Positions 26,114-39,100 of a DNA stretch of 64,000 nucleotides are shown piece after piece. A program made the translations under genes and the position numbers. Numbering within the stretch: the stretch's first letter is position 1; each line of letters begins with the position of its first letter. The notes under the pieces are model-generated. The model saw nothing but the letters and a program-made list of their open reading frames with translations. It searched no databases and was not told where the DNA came from. Source of the DNA: Perkinsus chesapeaki ATCC PRA-425 (Eukaryota; Protista; Perkinsozoa); contig JAAPAO010000019.1 of the NCBI GenBank assembly GCA_013115145.1, positions 70,936 through 134,935 on the forward strand, in the 5' to 3' direction.

Positions 26114-28508
26114 ATGCGTCTACAGATCCTATTCTGCTGCATTTGGAAGCAAGTAGCCCTTGAAGGATTACAATGGCCATTTGACGGGTAACTGAGGCGC
26201 CTTACCGTTGCTTGGCGCCGAGCGTCATCGACTGCATAAAACCGATCGACTGTGCTTCGCCCTTCCACAAGAATCTGTGCTTATTCAGAGATCTTCCATT
26301 CCGATATCCACGGCACTTACAAGCTGGCTGGAACAAGAGAAGCTTTAGTTCGCCTGTTGACCACTCTAAAGTTAAGTTAGTTTTCAACTGTTTGAACCCA
26401 GGTGTTAGGATAGCCTAGCCTGGATAATAAAGTCCCGTCTGCCCTTTGAATCGAATCTTCAAATACTGATACCTGTGTGCTTGTTCGTGGCTTTAAACCG
26501 CTATGGTACATACACTGCATTTATAACCGAGTATCGTATATTCTGTATGGTGTTTCTCACAGGTAGAGAGGGAGGAACTTTCAGGCAGTATTGTATACAG
26601 AATAACGACCACTATAGACCAGAGAGACCGGTAAGCCGTATCCGGGCAGTGAATCTTCCAACGTAGAAGATTTGCTTGTCAAGACTGGCGTATTTGCTGT
26701 AGTTACTATTTCTGGAGATAAATGGGTTTTACCCGCTCGGAGCGCCGTCGAAGGATATGGTGGATTCTGCCATGAAAATTGGTGCTGGAATGATTGTCCT
26801 GGAACAAAGGCAATCCGCTCATCTATCTTGCGGCCAACGAGTTTCTTTTATTCTACCGTATAGTCCTTCACAGGTTTTCCGGCAAGAGTCTCCCCACACG
26901 AGAGTTCTCAGTGGCAACACTAAAGAAGCTTTCCACGGTGCCCCAGTCAGTCGAAGACATCGCTCTCTTTGGCGAGGCGATCAAAAACAGCGTGATGGGA
27001 ATTAAGATAATTCTTTTTGGATGCAGCAGTGCAGGGGTACCCTTTGCTTTTCCCCAATGCATCCCCGAGATACTTGACTCCCTCCCCTCTCAGACAATTG
27101 CAGCATTGGCCCGGAAATATTATCCACATATCTTCGATGGTGCCATCGTGTCTTCGGCGCCACTCAAGCTTCAGCTTAAGAATGAGAAGTGTGATTGCAT
27201 CAAAGTTATTCTTTCTCCATTTTTTCTGTAAGGTATGCCGAGGTCCTTCGTAATGACTTCTCTAATCCAAAAGTTGGAGGGAGCGATACATGTCTCGGAG
27301 TGGTGAGTCAACTCTGCTCTTAGCCGCTTCTAGTTTGCTGACAGTTGAGAGATGCGCATGAAACAATTGGCGAAAGATTAAGGTCAGCAGACGGGCGTCG
27401 ATACCTTGAAAGCAAATTTAACTTATGTGAAGGGGATTTGGAGTCCCAGCAGGCCCAGAGACTTCTGTGGGATATCCAGTCGTTTGGTGCCAACGCGAAT
27501 CTTGTTTCAGCACGATCTACGGTTCCGCAACTGGTGTGGCATTACAGAACAATAACCCGCTATGTGAGACAGACTATTGTAATATCGAAAAGATATGCAG
27601 AAGGCTCACAACAGGAAAGTAAGCAGGAGTATGGTTGCCAATTTTTAATTGTGAATCAACCTGCCATTATGTAGGGACTCTCCATTGGATATGCTGGCTG
27701 CTATTCACAGGGCCAATATACCTGAGAGAAGTTGCTCATCAGAGATTATCAGAGAACGTGTCACCAAGTCGGCTTACGCCTGAGACTTTCTCAGAGCCCG
27801 ATATACGAATGTTCTCCTTCAGATTTAAGGATGTTAACAACTCCGACAGCAATAAGATAACTTGGTTCGGTATATGCTCGAGTAGAGGGCTTCTTGCATC
27901 CTGTCAACAACCTACCTGCCCTTTCGTAACGAGTGATGGAGACGACTGGTTTAATCTTTTAATCTGGTTTTGCTCAGAGGGATTTAGAATATCCGAGAAG
28001 GAAGTCAGCTGTGTGCAATGAATTCTCTTCGTAAGGTCACAACTTTAGGTACTCGAAGGAGTCCAAGAGTTAATAGAATATGTCGGAGATTTTCGGAGCA
28101 CCACGAATATATTATCGATTAATGGTGATGCTGACCCATGGTATCCATCATCTATCTTTAAAGAAGGAGAAGGGCCTGAAGTGGAGATGGTAAGAATCAG
28201 CACTTGGGACAAACGATGTCGTATAACAAACAGGTACAAGGTGCATCACATTGCTATTGGTGCAACGTGGATGACAAGTAGCTCACGGGGGGTGTAAGAT
28301 CGAGCTATCTGATAGCAGCTTCCATATCCATATCTGGAGCTGCATTAATCAGTGCATTCACTTTTTATATAGAAAGTGCATTATCTTGTTTCCGACATTC
28401 TAATAGAACGACCGGCTCCTGGCTCCTCGTTGGTACGTCGATTGACATCTTCCTCTCAGGAAAGTCTTTGAGAGGATACGCAACGTTATCCAGGAGTGGA
28501 TTAGATGA
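26114..28508 (+). CDS. Serine peptidase family S28, copy 1
   Basis: First exon MRLQILFCCIWKQVA; SPVDHSK; MIVLEQR|FSGKSLP; FGCSSAG; KYYPHIFDGAIVSSAP; NGDADPW (Asp); GASHCYWC (His); ends VIQEWIR*. Confidence 0.85.
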
Positions 28509-29125
28509 GTAGACATGTTTTGACAGGTGACTAGTAAGCCTTAGCCGATCTTTACTCCTTATCAGTTACAGTGGACCTTATCATCTTTACCACATTAACG
28601 AAATGACTTGTTAAAACCAAATATACAATACTATCTATCTTTTTTTCGGCTGATGATTTGTCATCTTCTTGCCGTTAGAGACATCTGCCATCGTAGAGGT
28701 TGGGCTTGAGTTTACGTTAATAACCCATCAACTCGGGATTTTCTCTTTTGGGAGATGTATGGCGAAACCTGGCGGCCGATAGATCAGTACCACTACAGAT
28801 TCAAATGACGGCGACTTACAATGATCGGGGATAAGTTGCGGAACACGCCACACTGAAAGAGTCTCATAAAGCATGAAGTGAAGACGGCCATCCGACTTCT
28901 CATTTGGATCTAGAAATCAAAGTCGGCCAGAACGAGCCTACCGCTTTTAACGATTTCCCCTCCTATCTTACGGCACATCAACTAGGTATGTCAATAACAT
29001 CACATGCCATAAATCGGGATTACTTCGACGACACTACTCTTCGTCGTCCTGAGTCGCGAACTGTTCTCGACGAGGGTTTGCGTTGCTCATTAATCGGTTT
29101 CCTGAAGGCACCATCTTCCCCCTCA

Positions 29126-29430
29126 ATGAGCGAAATCGACTTGCGGAGGAGGCAAGAAAGGGAATGTAAGGGTGATACCAATCCGAGGCGCTCCCCAAAC
29201 AGTGGCAACGAATTCATCGCGTGTCTTGTTCATGCTACTTTGATTGTCAGTCATTCGAGCACCATACAGCGAAGGCTCGCCCAAATGCTCTACCTAGAAC
29301 GCGTTGAAGTGTTTTGTTTAAGAATGAGAGATGAGACATGAAAGATATGATTGATCACAGTGCTGAGATCAGCCTTCACTTACGCGCTCGGTACGAGAGC
29401 AAACATTAATGCAAGCGACGGGGATATGCC
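29126..29430 (+). pseudogene. Decayed copy of CFAP57 exons 1-2
   Basis: atgagcgaaatcgac (29126) matches the CFAP57 start atgagcgagatcgac (33172). 29323-29379 aligns without gaps to exon 2 (33385-33441) but has an in-frame TGA at 29332. Confidence 0.75.
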
Positions 29431-30154
29431 TTGTAATGTGACCCAACTAAACTTTTCCTATAAATTATAAAAGTTAACTGCACTTACAACGCATGAGAAC
29501 TACCGATGCTGGGAGCCCAAAGCAATTGGACAGCAGAACACGAAGCAGTGTCGACAGGAACCATTATCAGACTAGACTGGCAGACTCAAGACCCTGAGGT
29601 TTGGGGCGTAACCGGCGAGGAGAGAACTCACGGCCGAATGTCGGCAAAAGCAGGCCCAAGCGATGGGTAGAGCATACAGTACTATTGTTAGAATACCAAT
29701 CCTTGCTGAAGCCGGGCTCAATCACCACCATGTGAACTGGTCTCCTCCGGGCGGGACTGGTAATGTAAAGTAAACTATGATGGACAAGGGAATATAGAAA
29801 TAGAGATAGACTCAGCGGGTAAGATAGATCTTTGCGTCACAAGGGATTGTCCCCAATGAGAGGGACAGTATCGAGGTGCTACAAAGAATCTTTGTCAAAG
29901 ATGGACTATTTTCATTTCAACACTTTTACTGATGTTACCTATCGTTAACTTGTACACAGTTATCTTCAGCTTTCGAGTTTTAGTTACCCAGATCGAATGT
30001 CCAGCTGAAATTTCCAGAATAGAGGCCTGATCCACCCACTTTTTCCTCTGTTTTTGCCGCCACCGTGCAGGGTGACGCGCCGTGACGCACCGTGACGCAG
30101 GCCGCATCACCATCTTACCAGTCTTACCACATTTGTTACTGTTACAAGAAGCAA

Positions 30155-32675
30155 ATGCGCCCGCAGATCCTCATTTACTACTTTTCGGCTTCATTGGCTC
30201 AGTATAATCAGACATGGTCTTTCGATGGGTAATCGTGGGCATCTTTTAGGCGTTCTCCATTCATACAGGGTGTTAATTTAAGAAGGGGCTACCCAAATAC
30301 ATTGGACAACTTTGCGCACCCTCGGTTCTGCCGGCTGTTCCATGGCGTTTCCTGCCATGGCACAATCCGCACAAAATGGTAATCAATTTAAGCGATCCCT
30401 CAATATATAAGCGAGAATGAGAGCTTTCGAGTGGTATGAGTCTTTGGCCCTAACTCTCTCACAATAAAAGGTTACAAGCAGTGGGCCCTTCGGAAATAAG
30501 AACCCTGTATTTAGCACTATCTGCCGTCGTTGACTGTGAATGATAGAGCTCATAATATATGCTTATATGCCCACTTTATATAGCAGAGCTTGGGATTGCT
30601 GCCACTGGGAGCTGTTTGTGCTCTCTCAGATATCCCTCAGAAGGATACCCGCAACGCTTACAAGCTGGCTGGTATTGGGAGACCGTGGAATGTCCGGTGG
30701 ATCATTTCGAAGTTACTGCATGATTGCTAGCCCTTTCATTGGCTAGCCTTGTACAGAATATTTCGATATTATTTTAGGTAAAGAAGGAGGTACTTTCCCT
30801 ATGCGATCCTTGAGGAATGATGACTTCTATGATCCAAAGCACCCGGTAAGCCTTACCAGGTCTTTCCGGAGTAAACACTCAATACGAACTTGGAGCTTGA
30901 GTGGAGCGCTCATTCGTCCAGTTGTCTTAGTTATTGCTCCTGAAGCTTAATTCACTGGACCGGCTCTCCGGTGCTTCAAATGATATAGTACAAGTTGCAA
31001 AGGACCTCGGTGCCAGCATCGCTATCTTGGAGCGGAGGTATTCATCCATCATGCAGCAGAAGCCGATTTGCTGTTTTCAAGCCTTTCAATGTTGCCCGCA
31101 GGTATACCGGTGAAAGCTTACCTACAAAGGAGTTCTCAGTGGAAACGCTGAGCAAGCTTTTCATTATGCCCCAGATACTCAGAGATGTTGCCTTTGTGGG
31201 TGAGAATATCAAATCAAGTGTCCATGGAATAAGAGTGATTGTTTTTGGATGTAGCAGCTCAGGAGTAGCCAATGCACCGGTATGCAAACGCGTTGGACAT
31301 TTTTTATGTCAGACGATTGCAGCAATGGCTCGGAAGAATTACCCATATATCTTTGATGGGGCCATCGTGTCCTCAGCTCCACTGAAGTTTCAACTAGAGA
31401 TGCCTGAGTATGACCATGCCGGATGAACATGTTAATTTTGAGCATATCTTTCATACTTCCTGTCAAGTTTTTTCTTTATTGACGTCGCTATACTCTCCTT
31501 TGTACTAGTAATTTCATCGTAATATTTCTCAAGGTATGCCGAAGTCATTGGAAAGGATTTCTCTAATCCTGACCTGGGAGGGAGCAGTCAGTGTCTCACA
31601 GCGGTGAGAGCTCACCATTTTTAAAAGCTTACAGTTTCCTGCAGTTGCAAGAAGCGCACTCGGCTATTGGCGAGAAGCTAGCCTCACCGGAAGGACGTCG
31701 ACAGCTCGAGAAGACATTTGACCTACATGGAGGGAACTTGGAGGTGCCCGAAGTCCAGAAATATTTGTAAGCTCCCGGCCTTGCTTCAAGTTGTCAACTT
31801 ATGAGCGGTATAGGAAAGCTTTTCCTGGTTTAGTTCGTACCTTGGTCGACTCACTGGCACATTTATACAATACAATGATCCGTCATGTAAGGAAGAATAT
31901 TGTAACATTCGAAAGATCTGCAGTAAGCTTGCCACAGGAGGGTAAGCTGAAATGCTGTTGCTGATCAACAAGCTTACACTCAGGGCATCTCCATTGGATA
32001 GGCTGGCTATCATTTATAAGGCCAGTACACCTGAAAGTGATTTGACCGCGGTCTTAAAGAGAACGATTACTACGTCGGTCTCGAAACAGAAATTGTCCTT
32101 AGTCGCGAGATTCGATTGTACTTAGGTTTAAAGACAAGATGGATTCCAGCAAAATTAGGATGCTTCAATTTCGTGCCTGTTTCGAAAGAGGGCTATTTGC
32201 GACCTGCAATTCTGCAGCGTGCCCCCTCTACACCGGGATTGCAAATGGATGGCTTGACTTTCAAGTTTGGTTATGTCGAGAAGGCTTTGGAATATCCAAA
32301 GGAGATGTCCGTAGGCTGAATTCAATTTTGCGCACTTTTTTGAAGGTACTCCACGCAGTCGAGGTTCTTGGAAAATATGTCGGAAACTTCCGCAGTACAA
32401 CTAATATATTATCGATTAATGGTGATGCTGATCCATGGTATCCATCATCTATCTTTAAAGAAGGAGAAGGGCCTGAAGTGGAGATGGTAAGAGCAGGTGA
32501 AACAAACGATGTCATATTGAATACAGGTGCGAGGTGCATCACATTGCTATTGGTGCGAGGCGGATGACGAGTAAGGTTTCTGTCATACTTACCGTGCATT
32601 ATTGTCTTCGTCAGCGCGACGAGGAAGGTCTTGGAGAGGATACGCAAGGTCATCCAGAAGTGGCTTAGAAACTAG
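30155..32675 (+). CDS. Serine peptidase family S28, copy 2
   Basis: Same exon layout as copy 1: MRPQILIYYFSASLA; CPVDHFE; ILERR|YTGESLP; FGCSSSG; NGDADPW; GASHCYWC; ends VIQKWLRN*. Confidence 0.85.
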
Positions 32676-33171
32676 TCAAGTTCCCCTCGATCCTATTTTT
32701 TCGCTCGTGCGGAATTTAACGAGCCTTACCTACTTTGCTTTTTTAACAAAAAGACTTACTACAACCGATTATACAGTGTTGACCTTTTTATGTGGCTGAT
32801 GATTTGTCGTTTTTTAAGTCAGGGACATCTCACAGAAAGGTTAGACTTGAGTTTATGTCAATACTGTATCAACTTGAGACTTTCTCCTTTGAAGGCGATA
32901 AAGCTGGTAGACCATCACCACTCTCAATCCTGCTTCTATCCTATACACATCCACTACGTTAAGATTGGCTCTTGAAATACAGAAGAGCAGTCAACGCGGC
33001 TTGAATGTCCGGGGACATGAAGTCAGCAGTATTCATCAAAGATTCAAGCACTTGGTTAACCCTGATCCCGGAAGACTACTTTGCCTTCCTTGCTCTGGCC
33101 GCTGAATCGTTTCCTAGGGGAGTTTGCATTGTCCAACAATCGGGTTTCTCGAGCCTTCAGCTTTTGCTTCA

Positions 33172-36100
33172 ATGAGCGAGATCGACCAGACTAGCACGTC
33201 AGGTGGTGAAAAAGGAAAGGTGAGAATGATACGGATCGGATGAGCTCAGAAAAACCGAAACATTCCAACGATTCCGTCGCATGGCGGGCTTGATTACCCT
33301 GCTGTGATTGTTAGCCATTCAAGTTCCATCTCGTGGAAATTAGCGTCTTAGCCAGCCAGAACGTGATAAAGCGATTTGTATCAGAATGAGAGTGGAGATA
33401 CGGAAGATGCGATTGATAACAGCCCAGAGGTCAGCCTTCACACACGCTACGCATTTGGCATACGACCAGACCTTAACAACGGGGTGAGCCCATTATATTC
33501 TTTTATTAAAAAAGAAATAATTAGGTTCACTTTGTAGATGATCGACATGTCGTCTACGCTGTCGGGAATAATATAGTAGACTGGACGACCTTCCCGAGGC
33601 TCTACTGTGGACCCGGTCAACCTTTAGGTTCAATTGCATGTGGATCAACGCGCACAGACATTCATGCTTGCAACTGATGGATCGTTAGGGATTACTTGTA
33701 CAGCTATATCCGCCGATCGGAGGTATCTGAGATACCGTTTCTTAGCCCGAAGTTTAAGACTTTAACCGTAACTCTAGTGACTTGGCCTGGAGACGCATGT
33801 GATCAGCAGCTCAGCTAAGAACTATTCGGAGCGGATATCTAGTGTTTGTTTGTCAAAATGCAAAAGTTGATCAAAAATTAACGAAATAATTACGTGGGCA
33901 AAAATGATACCAAAGCCCCCGCCGCGAAGTTCAGCGGACATCCTTTGGAAGAGTAATCTGGATCAGGTGGTTGGCGGTTGCAGAACGCCTTCCAAAAGAG
34001 GCAGCAGCAATCAGCGTGTTCGATCTCGTAACCTCGAAGAAGGTGAAAGCATTACCTTCTGTCAACTGTGAACTATCGGCTTGGTCTCATATGGAGTTTT
34101 CAGGAGACGGCAGGTGAAAGCCTTCCGGAACTTTGCAACCGGCTTACTAAACTCCCTGCTAGGTATCTCGTGGGGTTATCTGCGCCACAAGGAGACTCCT
34201 CACCTCCGGGCTCCGCTGAAGGTGGTCGTCTTGCATCAACTGCGGAAGGTCTCAATCACACTAAAGGATGCAAATTGGCCTGCTGGGTAATAGCCGCCAA
34301 TAATAGTGAGGCGCCGACTGGTTTCGGTAGTCTATAGCGTAATTTAGAGTACCTGTTCTACTGTGGGCAGTAGTAATGGCGCGTTGACCTGGGGACGTCG
34401 CCGCTGTGAGATATCCGTTGATCAGGGGTGGGAGGGAGACAGCGTGCCTTCTATAGTCGATCTACTGAAAGGTTATCCACCAGAGTCCAAGGCATCAGTA
34501 AGCAAGCTATACTGTGATCAAACATTGGCTTTTCCCCTTTAGCCGACCCATCTCTCCTTTTGTGAGAGTGACAGCTTGAAGGTATGTGTAACGGGGCGAG
34601 ACTACGTAGCAGTCTACCATATAGCAGAGGATGGAACTCTGACAGCAGCTGTGAGTCTCTCTGCTGAACGTCAGGGAGGGTCATTCTTTGTGTTCCTTGT
34701 CCTGGTCTCGGCGTACGAATTACTATTGCTTCCTTGTAGGTTCCAGTTCGAGAACAGCTCACATGTATGCCTAGGGACTACCTGACATCAGGACAGGCCG
34801 CAGTGGACCTTAACGGGGACACCACTATATTCCCAGCCGTGGAAATTACCAGCCACTTGTGGCCAGAGGTGACCAAATCCTTCCACATGGGGGAGTTCTT
34901 GAAAGGTCGACGATTTTTGTCAGGCCGACACCATAATCTGCGGGACCCTGACGGGAAAGCTGCTCCTGTTCGACGAGTTTGGGCTTTTCAAGTGGGAAAC
35001 GTTAGGCTAAGTGGACTTTAGTATTTCCCGTGGAAACTTCAACAGTTTTTCCATCAATCTCGAAAACTCGAGTTGCAACTCTGGATTGCTGCTGCTGCTG
35101 TCACTAAACTAACTAGAGCATTATCGATCTGTTATATTTACTGTGTCTCATTTCTTGCTACTGATCGCAAGCTCTTGTTCGTATATAATCATTAGTTCAT
35201 TTCGTTATTTTGGGCACTCGAGTCTCCCATTCCGAACAAGCTGATATGGATGAGCCGTGCCACAACTGGTCATCGGTGGCATCGAGAAATGCATGGCGAG
35301 CAGTCTTCCATCATTTCGGCAGTCTACAAGGGGATGGAATACTCGTCTCAAACTTGCGACTTATTTTAATCCGTCCAACAACATGAGGCAATGCTACTGA
35401 CATTTTAGGCAAACATTGATCATCAACTCTACGGTCACTGAAGGGGCGTATCGTCTTATGATATCATGGTCGAAGGGCGGCTTCATGGCCGCTGGTGACG
35501 ATGGGAAGATCAGGATGTTCCGCAAGAACCATGACGATCCCGAAGAAGTGAGAATAAGCGAGGGACAGCAATTATGTGCTCATCAGCCCTACCGCTTGTC
35601 GAGGGCTTTCCCTGTTGAACCACCAAGAAAATATCCCGCTGAAAACGAATCAAAAGGTATCTCGTAATCAGCAGCGGTGGTTCTGTAGTGCATTAGGCCC
35701 TGGACTTCTGACTCTAGAAGAAGAGTCAAATGGAGTAACTACCAAGAAGGTGGGTCAAATGTCACCACTTCATCTGCTCCACTCGTCTAGCACTGTTATA
35801 GAATTGCCTTGTTCCAAGGATGCGACAGAGCTTCGAACCCAGGCGTTCATTTGCCAGTGCGTGCCTTGATAAGCTCATTCGCTCGTAAGGTTCGGCCTAC
35901 CAAGATAGAATCCATAGCATTATCGCCATCCGAGGACTTCCTTGCGGCAGTCACAGATTGCGGACAGCTCCTGTCAATATCGCTTCGCTCCGCTAAGCGT
36001 AATACCATCGTTCGACTGACTTTCTACCTACTTGGGGCCAGGCTTACTAGATGAGCTCTTGTTGGATAATGGTCGTGGAGAATCCAAGAAACAGCAGTTT

Positions 36101-39100
36101 GCCAAGTGGATGCTTTGTAAAGTGTGTTTGTTTCATTTGTTTCTGAAGTGCCGAATTCAGGTTCTTTCCACACAGGACCGATCTATGGTATGGACATCTG
36201 CCCGAGGAGGCCCATAATTGCCACCTGCGGATCTGATCACACTGTGAGTTGTTACTAAGGACAGCGCCACGATTGTCAATACTTGGGCATGTTAAATGAC
36301 TCGTAATACAGTTTGAGAGTGGTCCTTGAGTACGCTCCTACATCATCATTTCACCTCTCCTGTAAATTGCAGGGATTATCGGACTAGACTCATCTTATGC
36401 CTATTTGGTTTTATAATGTCATCGTAATACCTTATAATAACCGAAAGCCTTCTCGCACAGAGTCGTTATGAGAGGACGGTAACTCCGGGAATGCTTTTCA
36501 TCAACATAAATGCTCTTGACTGAAAGTGTAGAGATTCTAAGGTTCTCATTTCGTACGAGTTGGCTCAAGCCATAGCTCCTTTTAAGGGACCCTTATGAAG
36601 ACCAACAGAGGCCCGCATTATCAGAAGATATTTTATCCTTTCAGATAAGGCTTTGGAACTTTCAACAGCGTCGTTGTGAGCTAATCCAGCACTTTGTCGA
36701 AGAGGCTTACTCCATATCGCTGCATCCGAGTGGCCTGCAGGCTTTAGTCGGCTTCGTTGACAGGCTACGTCTGATGGATGTGACGTCTCCGGGTCGAGAG
36801 TCTTGAGAAGCTTCTCTCTCAAGGTTCTTAAAGAGGAGTTCAAGACGTACAAAGATTTCCCCCAAATAAAAGGGTGTCGTGAATGTCGGTTTAGTAACGG
36901 TGGCCATTTGTTTGCCGCAGCTAATGGCAATAACATCGAGGTGGCATGCTTACTTGACTCGCTAAAGTTAGTTAGCCTTCAGATATTCAAGACTTATACC
37001 TGCGAGAGGATATTAAGTTTGAAAGGGCACAATAATAGAGTGGGAATTCATGACGTTTGCCCACAGAGAACGATCGATGCCATCAGATTAGAGCACTATG
37101 TTGGAACTGGGATGATACAAGATTGATCAGCGCTGGCATGGATGGTGCAGTGTAGGTGACTGGTGACGTTTGCCTAGTGCTTTGTTACCCTGCCCTGATA
37201 GAAACGCCGTAGATCTCGTTTCCTGGTTGACGGTGGCCCAGGAATATCTTTCTTTCAGCTACGAATACGATGTAATCAACAATGGTCAAAGGCTTTCCGA
37301 TTGGGTCAATAAGAGCTCTATAGTTTCATCGGCAGCGGTATGGACCGACACTAGCGCAGCCACCAACGGGGGGCCCTGCCAGAACTCCTTACCGGTCACC
37401 CGAGTGTGAGAATCATTAGTATTGTTGAACTTTATTACTCGACAGATTTGCTGTGGGAAATGTTAGCAGTATTCGGGAAGTTTATTTATCCCAAGTCCAG
37501 AGCTCCATAGAAGACGCACCTGAACCCCGTAGCAGCAGTCGAAGGCCGGTCCACTTCGGCCAGATCTGCCTTGGAAACAGTGAGGATTGGCTCTAGTGTC
37601 CATGACTTTGGAAATCCTTAGTAGGTACAAAAACTCTATTCGTGAGCACATCTTCACCTGATTTCAGTGGTGAGTCACCACACGTCCTGAATATCTACAT
37701 CTTTTATCTCAGAAGTGTTGGGTGGCAGTGTCAGATGTTATAAGTTCCCCTTCATTACAGCTAATGAGAATGACGATAAGCCCTCTAGAAGCAAAGTCAC
37801 CGCGGTGTAGGTAGAGGCCCGCGTTGTTGAGGAAGCTGTCCTTCAGATTCTCGGAGCACTCTTGCCATTTTGGGGAAGTCACCAGAATGCGTGTATCAGC
37901 CGACGAAAAGTGAGTTACTCATTAGTTCTGCCTTGGACCACACTGCGTACGTCTCTGCTTCCACGCTGCTATCAAAACATTCTATCGAGTTTTGTATTAT
38001 AGCGATCTAGAGCCCCAAGGCTAGGGATCCTCCTTAAATATGATCCCACAGTATCAAAATATCTCGTTCGGCGGAATGATAATAGAAACGCCTATAGCAT
38101 ATCCGCTCATACCGGAACTCGCCCAGTACTGCTGGGAAAGTAGGGAGCGGTTAGTAACACTTTCGAGAATAACGATGGATCTTCACTGCCTCTGATAAGC
38201 ACTACATTAATGCCCACATTTGGTATCATTTATAACTCTATTGAAGCACATTGCTGTTAGATTCATCTTCGCTCAATTCTTAATTCAGATATCCGCCCTC
38301 TGGTGAGGGTTTTATAGTCTTCGTATCCAACCGAGTAAAATTATCTCGTGTCCAATTCTGTCAGAAGTATTATCGCAAAATTTAATTCCGAGTTACAGTA
38401 GCTAAGATTGCCATCAATATTCAGTTACCCTTCCATTGCACATCACATTCGTTTCTAGGTTACTCTTCACCTGCGGCGAAGATGGTAGTGTGTATGTATT
38501 CGAGATCCGGTAAGCTACACCTAAATTAGTTTCCGTATGACTTGCTATCTAGGAACAAGAACCCTCTCTTATCTATCAAACAAGGCAACAACAAAGGGAA
38601 AAGTGGTGGAACAGAAGAGATGCCGTGAGTACCTCTTGAAGGGTATCTCTTTCCTTCAGTTTTAGAATGCAAGCAACAGAACTCCGCGTGTCTACCTCGA
38701 TTTTTGATAACACAATTCGATATTCGTCCTTCTCGACGTTTGCGATACCTGGTAGAGGCCCCGCTACTTGGCTTCCCGACTATTCTCTGCTCTGTGCGGC
38801 GAGACCCTGAGCCCCGGCGCAGAGAAAGGGCTTTATTCGGCACATACGGGTGCACTTCCGATAGCCCCGATAAGTTCCGATATGCTCCTGATCTACTGAA
38901 CTCCGTGTCAGTTTGCATATATCGTCAGATATTCCGAAGAAGTTTTGGTCACGAAGGCACTACTGGATGAGAGGCAGCAACAGTTGAAGGATCTTCGCCG
39001 TCAAGTAGAGGAGTTGGCCAATCAAACAGACTACCAGCTACGCCACAGGTAGGGGGAGTATTTCTAGCCGTTCAAATGGATTGGGAATCTTCGCAGAGAC

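Noticed and set aside
36560-36569. TTGGCTCAAG (SL 3' end), and ACCGTAGCC at 62998-63006 on the minus strand
   Set aside because: Only 9-10 nt, inside CFAP57 and a kinesin intron; compatible with chance.
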